The notes under the pieces are model-generated. The model ran no database searches and was not told where the DNA came from. It saw only the letters and a list, made by a program, of their open reading frames with translations. 64,000 nt of DNA from an uncultured Gammaproteobacteria bacterium (GTDB lineage Bacteria; Patescibacteriota; Patescibacteriia; Veblenbacterales; UBA10138). How positions within the stretch are numbered: position 1 is the stretch's first letter; the number at the start of each line of letters is the position of its first letter. The stretch spans positions 517-64,516 of the forward strand of contig CAYGDX010000004.1 of assembly GCA_964348825.1 (NCBI GenBank). The letters run 5' to 3'. This document shows, one piece after another, positions 29,599 through 38,430 of this stretch. The translations under genes were made by a program, and so were the position numbers.

Positions 29599-30369
29599 CT
29601 ATAGTAATTCTGTTAGTTGCTTCTGTAGAGCCTCAATTTTATAACTGCCGTTCTCCTCAATTATATTTTGCGCCTCTGAGTATTGTTTATTAAGTTCAAT
29701 AATTTCTGGATCAGTATTTTTTTCATTTAGAATATTATTTTTTTCTTGCAGTAATTTTGAATGATGTCCATCTATACTACCCGCTTCAGGAAAAAGATTG
29801 CTAAACTCCTTTTCAGAAATCATAAATTTAAAATCATGTAGGGATTTAATTTTTTGATTGAAGGCATCAATACCATCCTGAGATTTATCAATAAAAGAAA
29901 GCCCTTCGATTAAGCTATTTAATAGTTCTTTGTTTTTTTGTTTAGCAGGAGTATTTTCTTGTTTATTAACTACTTCCATTATTTTAGTTAAATTGGCCAA
30001 ACCAGTTTCTTTGTTTGGTATAAGTGTTTTTGCAAAAACATCTTCGGTATTTAAAATTTTTTCTTCTACATCCGAAATTTTTTTATTATACCCCTTTTGT
30101 TCTATGATTTTATTTATTTTATTAGAAATTTGCTCTCTTATTTTTTGGGCTTCAAGATTTTTATGTGATAATTCATTAATTTGTTTTTCTAATTCCTCTT
30201 TTAATATTAATTGCTTGGATTTTTCTTTGTCAATCGCTGTGTCTTGGTCGGTAGTATTGGCACCAGTATCATTTTTAGCGTTTTCATTAGCACACAGCGC
30301 ACACGGTAAAAAATTACCATGTATTTCACACATGCCAGAGAATTCCCCTTTTTGATTTTCAGGATCCAT
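29599..30369 (-). CDS. Hypothetical coiled-coil protein with N-terminal Cys-rich zinc-ribbon-like segment
   Basis: CEIHGNFLPCALC, then long heptad-like K/E/Q-rich region. Confidence 0.35.
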   Translation of the reverse strand: MDPENQKGEFSGMCEIHGNFLPCALCANENAKNDTGANTTDQDTAIDKEKSKQLILKEELEKQINELSHKNLEAQKIREQISNKINKIIEQKGYNKKISDVEEKILNTEDVFAKTLIPNKETGLANLTKIMEVVNKQENTPAKQKNKELLNSLIEGLSFIDKSQDGIDAFNQKIKSLHDFKFMISEKEFSNLFPEAGSIDGHHSKLLQEKNNILNEKNTDPEIIELNKQYSEAQNIIEENGSYKIEALQKQLTELL

Positions 30370-30453
30370 ATTATGACGATACTATATGTTGAAATATTGT
30401 GTCAAGCTGAGCGATGCGAGAATGTTATCAATGTGAGAAATTATCTTAATAAG

Positions 30454-30870
30454 TTATTTATTATAATTAATTATCCCTTTATCAATCAACTCTTTAACAT
30501 ATTTATCTAAATGGTCGGTCGCGCGGAGTTCGTCAAAAGTTACCCATTTATATTCGTCGTTTTCTTCAGTATCTAAAATTGGTTCACCTTGGGTTTTACC
30601 AACATAAGTAAGGCGGACAATATGTCGTTCAGGAAGGTGAAGAATATCTTGGGCGCCAACTAATTTTGGTTCGCCAATAATTTCTAAAGCCGTTTCTTCT
30701 TTTACTTCGCGCTTTAAATTTTCTAAAAGCGGTGTGCCGGGGTGAATGCGCCCGCCCACAATATCCCAAGGGTTATTTACCTCGGGATATTTTTTGGCGG
30801 AGCGATGAATCAGCAAGTATTTACCTTGCTCGTTTTGTAGTAAAATTTTTACACCAACTTGAAGTTCCAT
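30454..30870 (-). CDS. NUDIX hydrolase
   Basis: Nudix box GGRIHPGTPLLENLKREVKEETAL (GX5EX7REUXEEXGU). Confidence 0.8.
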   Translation of the reverse strand: MELQVGVKILLQNEQGKYLLIHRSAKKYPEVNNPWDIVGGRIHPGTPLLENLKREVKEETALEIIGEPKLVGAQDILHLPERHIVRLTYVGKTQGEPILDTEENDEYKWVTFDELRATDHLDKYVKELIDKGIINYNK

Positions 30871-30908
30871 GATTTAGAATTTAAGATAAAAAATTATTAT
30901 TTCATTAA

Positions 30909-31655
30909 TTAAAGACTAAAACCACCATAGCGATTAAAAATTATTCCTCCACCCCCACAGCAAGTATTATTTTTCATTTTACCAGTGCCATTAATTTTTA
31001 TGCCGTCACTATTAGCTTCTATATAGGAACCGCCAAGGTAAAGTTTCCCAGTTAAATATAAATAGGGATCATTATGAGTAATGTTTAAAGATATTTTTTT
31101 ATCGTTTGATTGAAGACTAATATCGCCGGCGTTATCAATTTTTAAATCCCATAGTTTTTCTCCATGTGCTTTAAATTTATTTTTTTCTATTTCTAACAAA
31201 ATATTATCTGTTTCGTCGTAAAAGATACCGCCAATTATCAATTTATTGTTTTCAAAATTAATAGAGAATAAATTTATACCATCATCGGTTGTAAATATAT
31301 TGGTGCATGATTTAAATGTTATACCTTCACCTATTTTTACGATAGTCTGAGAATAATTAGAAAAAAATAAAAAATCATTTTCAACCAAGCCTCGTTGTTT
31401 TAACCCCTTATCACGTATGGCATTCATTGCTCTGATGGCTGAATTTACTTCTGGTGACCCTTTTCTAAATATATTTACATCAAATTTTCTGTGGCAGTCG
31501 TTACATAAAAAGAGAAGATTTTGAAAATCGTAGGATCCACCCCAAGCATCGGGAACAATATGAGCATACTGACCCATTGTAGATTTTTGACAATTTTCGC
31601 ATTTAAATCCAGCCCTTTGTCTGACTTCTTGTTCGGTTAATTCTTTTTTGTTCAT
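30909..31655 (-). CDS. HNH endonuclease domain protein with beta-rich C-terminal domain
   Basis: CENCQ...YAHIVPDAWGGSYDFQNLLFLCNDCHRKFD is an HNH motif with two CxxC pairs. Confidence 0.55.
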   Translation of the reverse strand: MNKKELTEQEVRQRAGFKCENCQKSTMGQYAHIVPDAWGGSYDFQNLLFLCNDCHRKFDVNIFRKGSPEVNSAIRAMNAIRDKGLKQRGLVENDFLFFSNYSQTIVKIGEGITFKSCTNIFTTDDGINLFSINFENNKLIIGGIFYDETDNILLEIEKNKFKAHGEKLWDLKIDNAGDISLQSNDKKISLNITHNDPYLYLTGKLYLGGSYIEANSDGIKINGTGKMKNNTCCGGGGIIFNRYGGFSL

Positions 31656-31686
31656 GAGAGTATTAAACTCATAAATAAATTCATAA

Positions 31687-31755
31687 TGGTGCGCGCACCA
31701 GGGATTGAACCTGGGGCCTGTCCGATGGCCATCGGACCGCTCTCGTCATTAATAA
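31687..31755 (-). pseudogene. tRNA gene 3' fragment (end of D-arm, anticodon-stem region, T-arm, acceptor 3' strand GCGCGC-A-CCA)
   Basis: Reverse complement reads ...GAGAGCGGTCCGATGGCCATCGGACAGGCCCCAGGTTCAATCCCTGGTGCGCGCACCA. It lacks a 5' acceptor/D-arm. It shares a 29-nt repeat with the 5' fragment at 32131-32178. Confidence 0.55.
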
Positions 31756-31761
31756 CCTCAG

Positions 31762-31835
31762 TGGGCGGCACAGGAATCGAACCTGTTACCTCAACAATGT
31801 CAATGTTGCGCTCTAACCAAGTGAGCTAGCCGCCC
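31762..31835 (-). tRNA. tRNA-Val (anticodon GAC), no encoded CCA
   Basis: Reverse complement reads GGGCGGCTAGCTCACTTGGTTAGAGCGCAACATTGACATTGTTGAGGTAACAGGTTCGATTCCTGTGCCGCCCA. Anticodon loop TTGACAT. Confidence 0.75.
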
Positions 31836-31845
31836 ACTGAAATTA

Positions 31846-32118
31846 TTAGGTGTGATTGTTAAATTTTATGTAACCTTCTTGAATAATACGTTCAATAATT
31901 ATTTTACTCTTTTTAGATTTAAGTTGATACTCTAATTTTCGTGCCTCAGTTAATGATGCGCATGGTTGAAAATATTTTAAGATTACCGGTAATAAATATT
32001 GAGTGGCCTTAACGTGTCCGTTTTGATGTTCATTAAAACGGCGTTCTAAATTATCTGTACTGCCAATATAATATCTACCATTGGCGCAATGTAAGATGTA
32101 AACACCTAATTGAGTCAT
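31846..32118 (-). CDS. Small GIY-YIG nuclease-domain protein (90 aa)
   Basis: GVYILHCANGRYYIGSTDNLERRFNEH is a canonical GIY-YIG core (GIY...YIG...R..EH). Confidence 0.7.
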   Translation of the reverse strand: MTQLGVYILHCANGRYYIGSTDNLERRFNEHQNGHVKATQYLLPVILKYFQPCASLTEARKLEYQLKSKKSKIIIERIIQEGYIKFNNHT

Positions 32119-32130
32119 AGATTAATATGG

Positions 32131-32178
32131 ACCTGTCCGATGTCCATCGGACCGCTCTACCACTGAGCTATGCGCGCG
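32131..32178 (-). pseudogene. tRNA gene 5' fragment (acceptor 5' strand GCGCGCA, D-arm, anticodon-stem region)
   Basis: Reverse complement reads GCGCGCATAGCTCAGTGGTAGAGCGGTCCGATGGACATCGGACAGGT, and no T-arm follows. It is complementary in content to the 3' fragment at 31687-31755. Confidence 0.55.
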
Positions 32179-32337
32179 TAAATTATTATTTAGTTACGTT
32201 ATAGTGGGTTATGATAAAAATTATAATGGCTGTGCCACGTGAATCGAGCGATTATTTAGAGGTAGCCCCGTAAAGCACTCACTTTGGTTCGTGCCACGGG
32301 GCACATAAAAATCTCGCTTGGAAGCTCGATTTTTATG

Positions 32338-32414
32338 TGGTGCGCACTCCTGGATTCGAACCAGGGACCGGACGTGTATAAGACGTCTGCTCTGACCAGC
32401 TGAGCTAAGTGCGC
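32338..32414 (-). tRNA. tRNA with anticodon UAU (tRNA-Ile2-like, AUA-reading), CCA encoded
   Basis: Reverse complement reads GCGCACTTAGCTCAGCTGGTCAGAGCAGACGTCTTATACACGTCCGGTCCCTGGTTCGAATCCAGGAGTGCGCACCA. Anticodon loop CTTATAC. Confidence 0.7.
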
Positions 32415-32573
32415 TCGTTTTGGCAGGTGGCTCGTAGTATCATTTTATGTCTGGATTCCCTCCGCCGGCTGGCGGATCCGCGGGAATGACAGTTATTTAT
32501 TATATGCTATTAGCTATTTGCCACGTGCTATTTGCTAAATGCTCGCCTTGCCAGTGTAACTTTTTCATTGCGA

Positions 32574-33719
32574 TTATTCAAGAGGCAATTTAATCACCGA
32601 CTTTATATATTCAATCACTTTCTTCTCCGCTTCAATGATGCTAGTGTTTGGTAGTATTGCTTGGGCGCGGGCACGATCACCAGTAGCTTCAAATGGCTTA
32701 AGTAAATCAATGGCTCTTTCGCCCGCGCCGGCATGAGTAAATATTTTTATATTATTTGGCGTAGTTTCGCAAATCAAAACCACCGTACCTGCTTCAGGGG
32801 CGGAAGTTATAAGTTCGTCAATTACACCCGAGAGGGCATCTTCAGTGGCCCCAGCTTTAATAAAATCGTCAGCTGTTAAAATTGACCACACTAATTTTTT
32901 ACCTGAATCGCTTTTTAGTCGCGCGAGTACTCTACCCCACAGTTTTAAAGTGGAGAGTTGTTTGGTGCGATACAAATGCGCTACTACTTCGTCGCGCCGC
33001 GCACCAAGTTGCACCAGTTTGGAAGCGAGCTGCAAAGTAGTGGGGCTAACTTGATTGGTGGAAAAACTTTTAGTAGCTGAAGTAAGTGAAGTGAATAAGC
33101 AGGTAGCAATATCAGCGTCACATTTAGTCGGATCAATTTCTTTAAGCAGTGAATAAACAATTTCGGCGCTTCCCGCAGTATTAAAATCTACCAAATTAAT
33201 TTGACCGAAATGTTCGTTGCTTGAAGCATTATCAATATTGATAATAGTAGTATTGTAAAAAAATTCTGAGTTGTTGTGAAAAATATCACCCAAAGAATCT
33301 AAATCTGGTGCATCTAAAGTAATAATTAAATCATAAGCAAAATCAGAAGCGCGGGTAGTAATATCAGAGGCTGAAAGGGATCCAGTTTTAGGGGTAAGAA
33401 AAATATTTAATTTTTTATCTATCACTTCGTAACTTAAATCTTGCAAAGTAGTTTGTTCTAAATTAAGCGTAATAATGAATTTTCGAAGTGGTGGTAATTC
33501 AGCTTTAATATTTTGACTATGAGGCAGAAAACGAAGCACTCCAGGCAAGGTAAATCCTGAGGCTACGATTTCAACTTTTTTATCTAATTTTTGCAAAAAC
33601 AAAGCTGTAGCCAGAGCCGAACCCATGCAAGATAGGGCCTTATTGGCAGGAAAAGTAAGCAAAATCCGGCGACTTTCGCGGATTAAGTTAACAGCTTGTT
33701 GTTGAGGAGTGAACGCCAT
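32574..33719 (-). CDS. DHH-family-like protein with degenerate motifs (NrnA paralog-like)
   Basis: Overall NrnA-like length and layout, but DHH/GGGH positions are replaced (IDNAS, HAGAGER). A canonical NrnA lies at 36402-37370. Confidence 0.35.
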   Translation of the reverse strand: MAFTPQQQAVNLIRESRRILLTFPANKALSCMGSALATALFLQKLDKKVEIVASGFTLPGVLRFLPHSQNIKAELPPLRKFIITLNLEQTTLQDLSYEVIDKKLNIFLTPKTGSLSASDITTRASDFAYDLIITLDAPDLDSLGDIFHNNSEFFYNTTIINIDNASSNEHFGQINLVDFNTAGSAEIVYSLLKEIDPTKCDADIATCLFTSLTSATKSFSTNQVSPTTLQLASKLVQLGARRDEVVAHLYRTKQLSTLKLWGRVLARLKSDSGKKLVWSILTADDFIKAGATEDALSGVIDELITSAPEAGTVVLICETTPNNIKIFTHAGAGERAIDLLKPFEATGDRARAQAILPNTSIIEAEKKVIEYIKSVIKLPLE

Positions 33720-33905
33720 AATAGCCCGTTACCTTAGCAAATTTAAAAATTATGTCAAGGCCTATTAAATTTAGCAGGTTGATACTCCATTACACCAGTG
33801 GTTGACTAATCTGTCAAGTAGGCGTAGAATTGGACAGTAATAGGCACTTAAACACTAGAACATTAGAGCATTTAATCATCCGGTCAGTTTTTATTTTAAT
33901 TATTT

Positions 33906-33937
33906 TAATGTTCTTACTGTTCTAGTGTTCTAATGAT
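33906..33937 (+). promoter_or_regulatory. Recurrent AATGTTCT..GTTCTAGTGTTCTAATGATC motif immediately upstream of the infB start
   Basis: The same motif family is found upstream of ymdB (43285-43318) and overlapping the gyrA start (56933-56969). An inverted partner AACACTAGAAC is at 33853 and 56893. Confidence 0.4.
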
Positions 33938-33940
33938 CTT

Positions 33941-35938
33941 ATGAATATAACCGAACTCGCTCGCAAATTAAAGATTACCACTGAACAGCTGAAGGATGAA
34001 TTACCTAAGCTTGGTTTTGATATTGGTCGACGCGCGATTAAAATTGATGATGCGGCGGCGGAAAAAGTAATAAAATTATGGTCTGAAAAGAAAAGTAGCG
34101 TACCCGATACTCGTTATTTTGTAACTGAGAAAAAATTAAACGAAGTAGTTCCTCAAGCCGATAAAAAAAGCGTGGCCTTACCAGTTACTTGTACAGTGCG
34201 TGAACTTGCTGAGTTGTTGCACTTACCGGTAACTAATGTAATTGCGGAATTATTTAAAAATGGAATTATGGCGGCGATGAATGAGCGAATTGATTTTGAT
34301 ACAGCAACTATTATTGCGCAGGATTTGGGTTTTGCAACTAGTTCGGCCAAAGAGTCAGGCGTTGAAATTAAAGATGAAGTAAAAATAAATTTTAATGAAG
34401 CTGATAGTGAATCGAGTGCTAATTTGGTATCTCGTCCGCCAGTGGTGGTGGTAATGGGTCACGTGGATCATGGCAAAACAACTTTGCTTGATGCGATTCG
34501 TTCCACTAATATTGCAGCTGGGGAATCAGGTGCAATTACTCAACATATTGGTGCTTATCAAACTGAAGAAAAAGGACGCAAGATTACTTTCTTAGATACA
34601 CCAGGCCACGAGGCCTTTGCCGCTATGCGCGCACGTGGTGGCAGGATTGCCGATGTGGCAATTATTGTGGTTGCGGCCGATGACGGAATGCAGCCACAAA
34701 CTTTAGAAGCTATTGAAATTGCCCAACGTGAGCAATTACCGTTTTTATTTGCGATTAATAAAATTGACAAAGAAAATGCTGATATTGAAAGAGTAAAAAA
34801 GGCATTGGCTGATTTAAATTTACTACCTGAAGATTGGGGTGGTAAAACAATTTGTGTGCCGATTGCTGCTAAAAAGAAACAAGGTATTCCTGAACTTTTG
34901 GATATGGTATTACTACTTTCAGACCTTGCGCATTTGGTAGCTAATCCAAATAAATTAGCCGGCGGCACAGTAATTGAATCACGGCTTGATAAGGGTGAAG
35001 GGCCAGTGGCTACCGTACTTGTGCAAACTGGCACGCTACATTTAGGGGATATGATTATTTTAGGGGAGGCCACTGGTAAAATTAAAGCGATGCGAGATTA
35101 TTTGGGTCAAGCTTTAAAACAGGCTACACCATCTACCCCAGTTCGTATTTTAGGTTTAAAACAAGTACCAAAATCAGGTGAAATATTCCGCGTTACTCGC
35201 GATGAAGCAGAGGTAAAAGAAGTGGCGCGCAGTGCTCCACGTTATCAAAAAACAAGCCCAGCTTCACCTAACATCGTAAGTAGTTTAGTTGATAAAAATA
35301 ATAATGAAGCCGAAGCTAAAGAATTACCAACGCTTAAATTAATTTTAAAAACTGATGTGTTAGGCAGTCGCGAAGCAATTGTTTCGTCGTTGGCTCAATT
35401 TAATTCTAGCGAAGTGAAAGCAAAATTAGTACGAATGGGTTTAGGTAGTATTAATGAGCACGATGTGGTGGAAGCCGAGGCCTCGGGCGCTTTACTCTTA
35501 GGATTCAATGTGCCAATTATGCCAATGGCAGAAATAGTGGCGCGTCGAAAAAATGTTTTTGTCCAAAATTATAAAGTAATTTATGATTTACTGGATGAAG
35601 TAAAAAAACGTTTGCAAGCCCTACTAAAACCAGAACTTGTGCGCACCCAACTCGGTGAGGCCGAAGTGGTACAAATTTTTAAGCGCGGTAAGCGTGATAT
35701 GATTGTGGGATGTCGTGTGAAGCAAGGGTTGGTGCGACCAAAAACCAAAGCTCAAGTAATACGTGGTGATTCAGTGGTAGCAGTGTTGGAACTAACTGAA
35801 ATTAGAATTGGTAAAGAAATTGTGGGTGAAGTGGCTGAAGGTAGTGAATGTGGTTTTGGTTTGAAGGGTGATCCTATAGTTCAAGAAAAAGATATTTTAG
35901 AAATATATCATGAAGAAATTAGACAGCGCACCATTTAG
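33941..35938 (+). CDS. infB: Translation initiation factor IF-2
   Basis: G-domain VVVMGHVDHGKTTLLD, DTPGHEAF, NKID. IF2 N-terminal domain. Confidence 0.9.
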   Translation: MNITELARKLKITTEQLKDELPKLGFDIGRRAIKIDDAAAEKVIKLWSEKKSSVPDTRYFVTEKKLNEVVPQADKKSVALPVTCTVRELAELLHLPVTNVIAELFKNGIMAAMNERIDFDTATIIAQDLGFATSSAKESGVEIKDEVKINFNEADSESSANLVSRPPVVVVMGHVDHGKTTLLDAIRSTNIAAGESGAITQHIGAYQTEEKGRKITFLDTPGHEAFAAMRARGGRIADVAIIVVAADDGMQPQTLEAIEIAQREQLPFLFAINKIDKENADIERVKKALADLNLLPEDWGGKTICVPIAAKKKQGIPELLDMVLLLSDLAHLVANPNKLAGGTVIESRLDKGEGPVATVLVQTGTLHLGDMIILGEATGKIKAMRDYLGQALKQATPSTPVRILGLKQVPKSGEIFRVTRDEAEVKEVARSAPRYQKTSPASPNIVSSLVDKNNNEAEAKELPTLKLILKTDVLGSREAIVSSLAQFNSSEVKAKLVRMGLGSINEHDVVEAEASGALLLGFNVPIMPMAEIVARRKNVFVQNYKVIYDLLDEVKKRLQALLKPELVRTQLGEAEVVQIFKRGKRDMIVGCRVKQGLVRPKTKAQVIRGDSVVAVLELTEIRIGKEIVGEVAEGSECGFGLKGDPIVQEKDILEIYHEEIRQRTI

Positions 35939-36296
35939 TACGAAAGCTCCTTCATCCGCGATCAGAAGGTTGCCGCGGCTTGAAAGCGTGCTCAGGCTGG
36001 AGCTTGGGCAAATTATGACACGAGAAATGGAATGGCCACTCGGTACTTTAGTTACGCTTAGTCAAGTGGAAGTATTAGCTGATTTAAGCGCGGTGCGAGT
36101 GGGGCTTAGTGTGTTGCCTTTTAATATGAGCGAGAAAGTACTAAGTGTGGCAATTCGTACCAAGAGTAATTTACAAAGAATAATTAATAAAAAATTAAAA
36201 GTTTATCGGGTACCGAAAATTGAATTTTTTATTGATGAGGCGGCGGAAAGGGGTGACCACATTGAAAGGTTGCTTGACAGTATTAGGGAAGAATAG
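35910..36296 (+). CDS. rbfA: Ribosome-binding factor A
   Basis: KH-like RbfA pattern RRLPRLESVLRLELGQIM...TLVTLSQVEVLADLSAVRVGLSV. Conserved infB-rbfA synteny. Confidence 0.7.
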   Translation: MKKLDSAPFSTKAPSSAIRRLPRLESVLRLELGQIMTREMEWPLGTLVTLSQVEVLADLSAVRVGLSVLPFNMSEKVLSVAIRTKSNLQRIINKKLKVYRVPKIEFFIDEAAERGDHIERLLDSIREE

Positions 36297-36401
36297 TAAT
36301 ATACTGGGCTACTTAGGTAGCCCTTTTAAAATCCGAATATCGAATATCGAAATCCGAAAATTTCGAATTTCGAATTTAGTGCTTCGGATTTAATTTAATT
36401 T

Positions 36402-37370
36402 ATGTTTTCTCCCGAACTATTCAACCAACTCACTAAAAAAGTTCTATCAGCCGATAGTATTCTACTGGTTAGTCATGCCAATTGTGGTGATGCAACTGGT
36501 TCGGTTACAGCAATTTATTTAGCACTCACTCGTTTGGGAAAAAAGGTCACAATTTTTTTACCAGCGCCAGTTGCTAAATCTTTACGGTTTTTACCTAAGA
36601 GTGAAATTGTTATAAGTGAGGCCGATAAAATTGATTGGCTTGATTACGATTTATTATTTTGTGTGGATTTGGGTGAGCCAAAATTAAGCGGCGTTTTGTT
36701 TGACAAATGGTTGAGCCGTCCCGCTACTTTATTTACAATAGATTTTGATCATCATTTTACTAATTCAGGTTTCGGCGATTTAAATATTTTAGATAAAACC
36801 GCTGCGGCCACATGTGTAATGATTTATCAGTGGTTTAAACAAGCTGAATTTTTAATCGACAAATCAATTGCCACTTGCTTGTTAACTGGAATTTTAACTG
36901 ACACCGATTCTTTTTCTAATGCCGCAACCAATGAAGTATCTCTTAAAATTGCAGCTGAACTACTACTCAAAGGCGCCGCTATTTCGCGTGCCACCCAAGA
37001 AATTAATCAAAATAAAAATATTAGCGAACTTAAATTGTGGGGCCGGGCTTTAGAAAGATTACAATCACACAATGATTTAGGATTAGTAACCACAGTTATT
37101 ACATTAAACGATTTAAAAGAGTTTGATGCTTCGGTGCAGGCGCTAGAAGGTGTGGCTAATTTTTTAAGTAATTTAGGAGAATATCGTGCAGTGCTAGTAC
37201 TACGGGAAAATGACGATGGCACAGTAAAAGGTAGTTTACGCACGACTCATGACGATGTTGATGTAGCAGCACTGGCTAAACTATTTGGCGGTGGCGGGCA
37301 TAAAAAAGCCGCTGGGTTTACGATAACAGGTAAATTAGTGGAAACAACTAGTGGTTGGAAAATTGAATAA
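36402..37370 (+). CDS. nrnA: NrnA-like DHH/DHHA1 bifunctional oligoribonuclease / pAp phosphatase
   Basis: DHH motif TIDFDHHFTN. DHHA1 GGGGHKKAAGF. Confidence 0.75.
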   Translation: MFSPELFNQLTKKVLSADSILLVSHANCGDATGSVTAIYLALTRLGKKVTIFLPAPVAKSLRFLPKSEIVISEADKIDWLDYDLLFCVDLGEPKLSGVLFDKWLSRPATLFTIDFDHHFTNSGFGDLNILDKTAAATCVMIYQWFKQAEFLIDKSIATCLLTGILTDTDSFSNAATNEVSLKIAAELLLKGAAISRATQEINQNKNISELKLWGRALERLQSHNDLGLVTTVITLNDLKEFDASVQALEGVANFLSNLGEYRAVLVLRENDDGTVKGSLRTTHDDVDVAALAKLFGGGGHKKAAGFTITGKLVETTSGWKIE

Positions 37371-37412
37371 TAATCTGGACAAATTTTATTTAACGATGTA
37401 TATTTTTACCGT

Positions 37413-38009
37413 ATGACTAAAAATATGAACTTAATACCAATGGTAGTAGAAAAGTCGCAAATGGGCGAACGGGCGTATGATATTTATTCGCGGCTTTTAA
37501 AAGAGCGAATAGTTTTTATTAGCGATCCAATTAATGATGATTTGGCTAGTTCAGTAATTGCCCAACTCTTATTTTTAGAAAGTCAGGATCCAAAAAAAGA
37601 AATTAAGCTTTATATAAATACACCAGGGGGGCTCGTAACTTCAGGGATGGCAATTTATGATACAATGCAATACGTAAAATGTGATGTGGCCACAATTTGT
37701 GTCGGCATTGCCGCTTCGATGGGTGCAGTGCTCCTCGCCGCGGGATCCCCAGGTAAGCGTTTTATTTTACCCAATGCCGAAGTAATGATTCACCAAATTA
37801 TGGGTGGCGCCGAAGGTCAAGCCACTGATATTAAAATTCGGGCTGAGCATATTTTACGACTCCGCGATCGTTTAAATAAAATTTTAAGTAAACACACTGG
37901 GCAGGATTTTGCTAAAATTGAGAAAGATACTGATCGCGATAATTTTATGACCGCCGAAGAAGCTGTGAAGTATGGGTTGGTAGATAAAATTATTAAATCA
38001 GTGAAGTAG
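37413..38009 (+). CDS. clpP: ATP-dependent Clp protease proteolytic subunit
   Basis: Active-site region [14 protein letters not shown] (Ser), IHQ (His). Typical ClpP length. Confidence 0.9.
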   Translation: MTKNMNLIPMVVEKSQMGERAYDIYSRLLKERIVFISDPINDDLASSVIAQLLFLESQDPKKEIKLYINTPGGLVTSGMAIYDTMQYVKCDVATICVGIAASMGAVLLAAGSPGKRFILPNAEVMIHQIMGGAEGQATDIKIRAEHILRLRDRLNKILSKHTGQDFAKIEKDTDRDNFMTAEEAVKYGLVDKIIKSVK

Positions 38010-38031
38010 TTTATTATTAATTTTAAATTAT

Positions 38032-38283
38032 ATGGCTAAAGAAATAGAATCCGATCCAACTCTTGGTAGTTTAAAAGATATTGAGATTTTAAATCTTAAA
38101 CATCAAGAGGTGCTAGATGGTACTAAGTCTCCAACTTTAGAAGAGTTAGAGCACAAAAAGGAGCAGCTTGAATATCAAAAAGATAAAGTGTCTGAAGATG
38201 ATTTGCCAGTACTTGATCAGCGCATTGAAGAAATAGATTTACAAATAAAAGAAATTATAGAAAAACTTAAAATAGCGGCTTAA
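38032..38283 (+). CDS. Hypothetical small acidic coiled-coil protein (83 aa)
   Basis: Intact ORF only. Confidence 0.3.
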   Translation: MAKEIESDPTLGSLKDIEILNLKHQEVLDGTKSPTLEELEHKKEQLEYQKDKVSEDDLPVLDQRIEEIDLQIKEIIEKLKIAA

Positions 38284-38430
38284 AATTTGTAACTTTGTAA
38301 TTAATAAATAATAAAACCTCGCATTAAGAGGGGTTTTATTATTGACAATTTAGACGTAGGCGAGTAAGGTATGGGTGTAAATAAAATAATAATTCAAAAT
38401 AGTTTCATTAACAATTTAAGGAGATCTATC

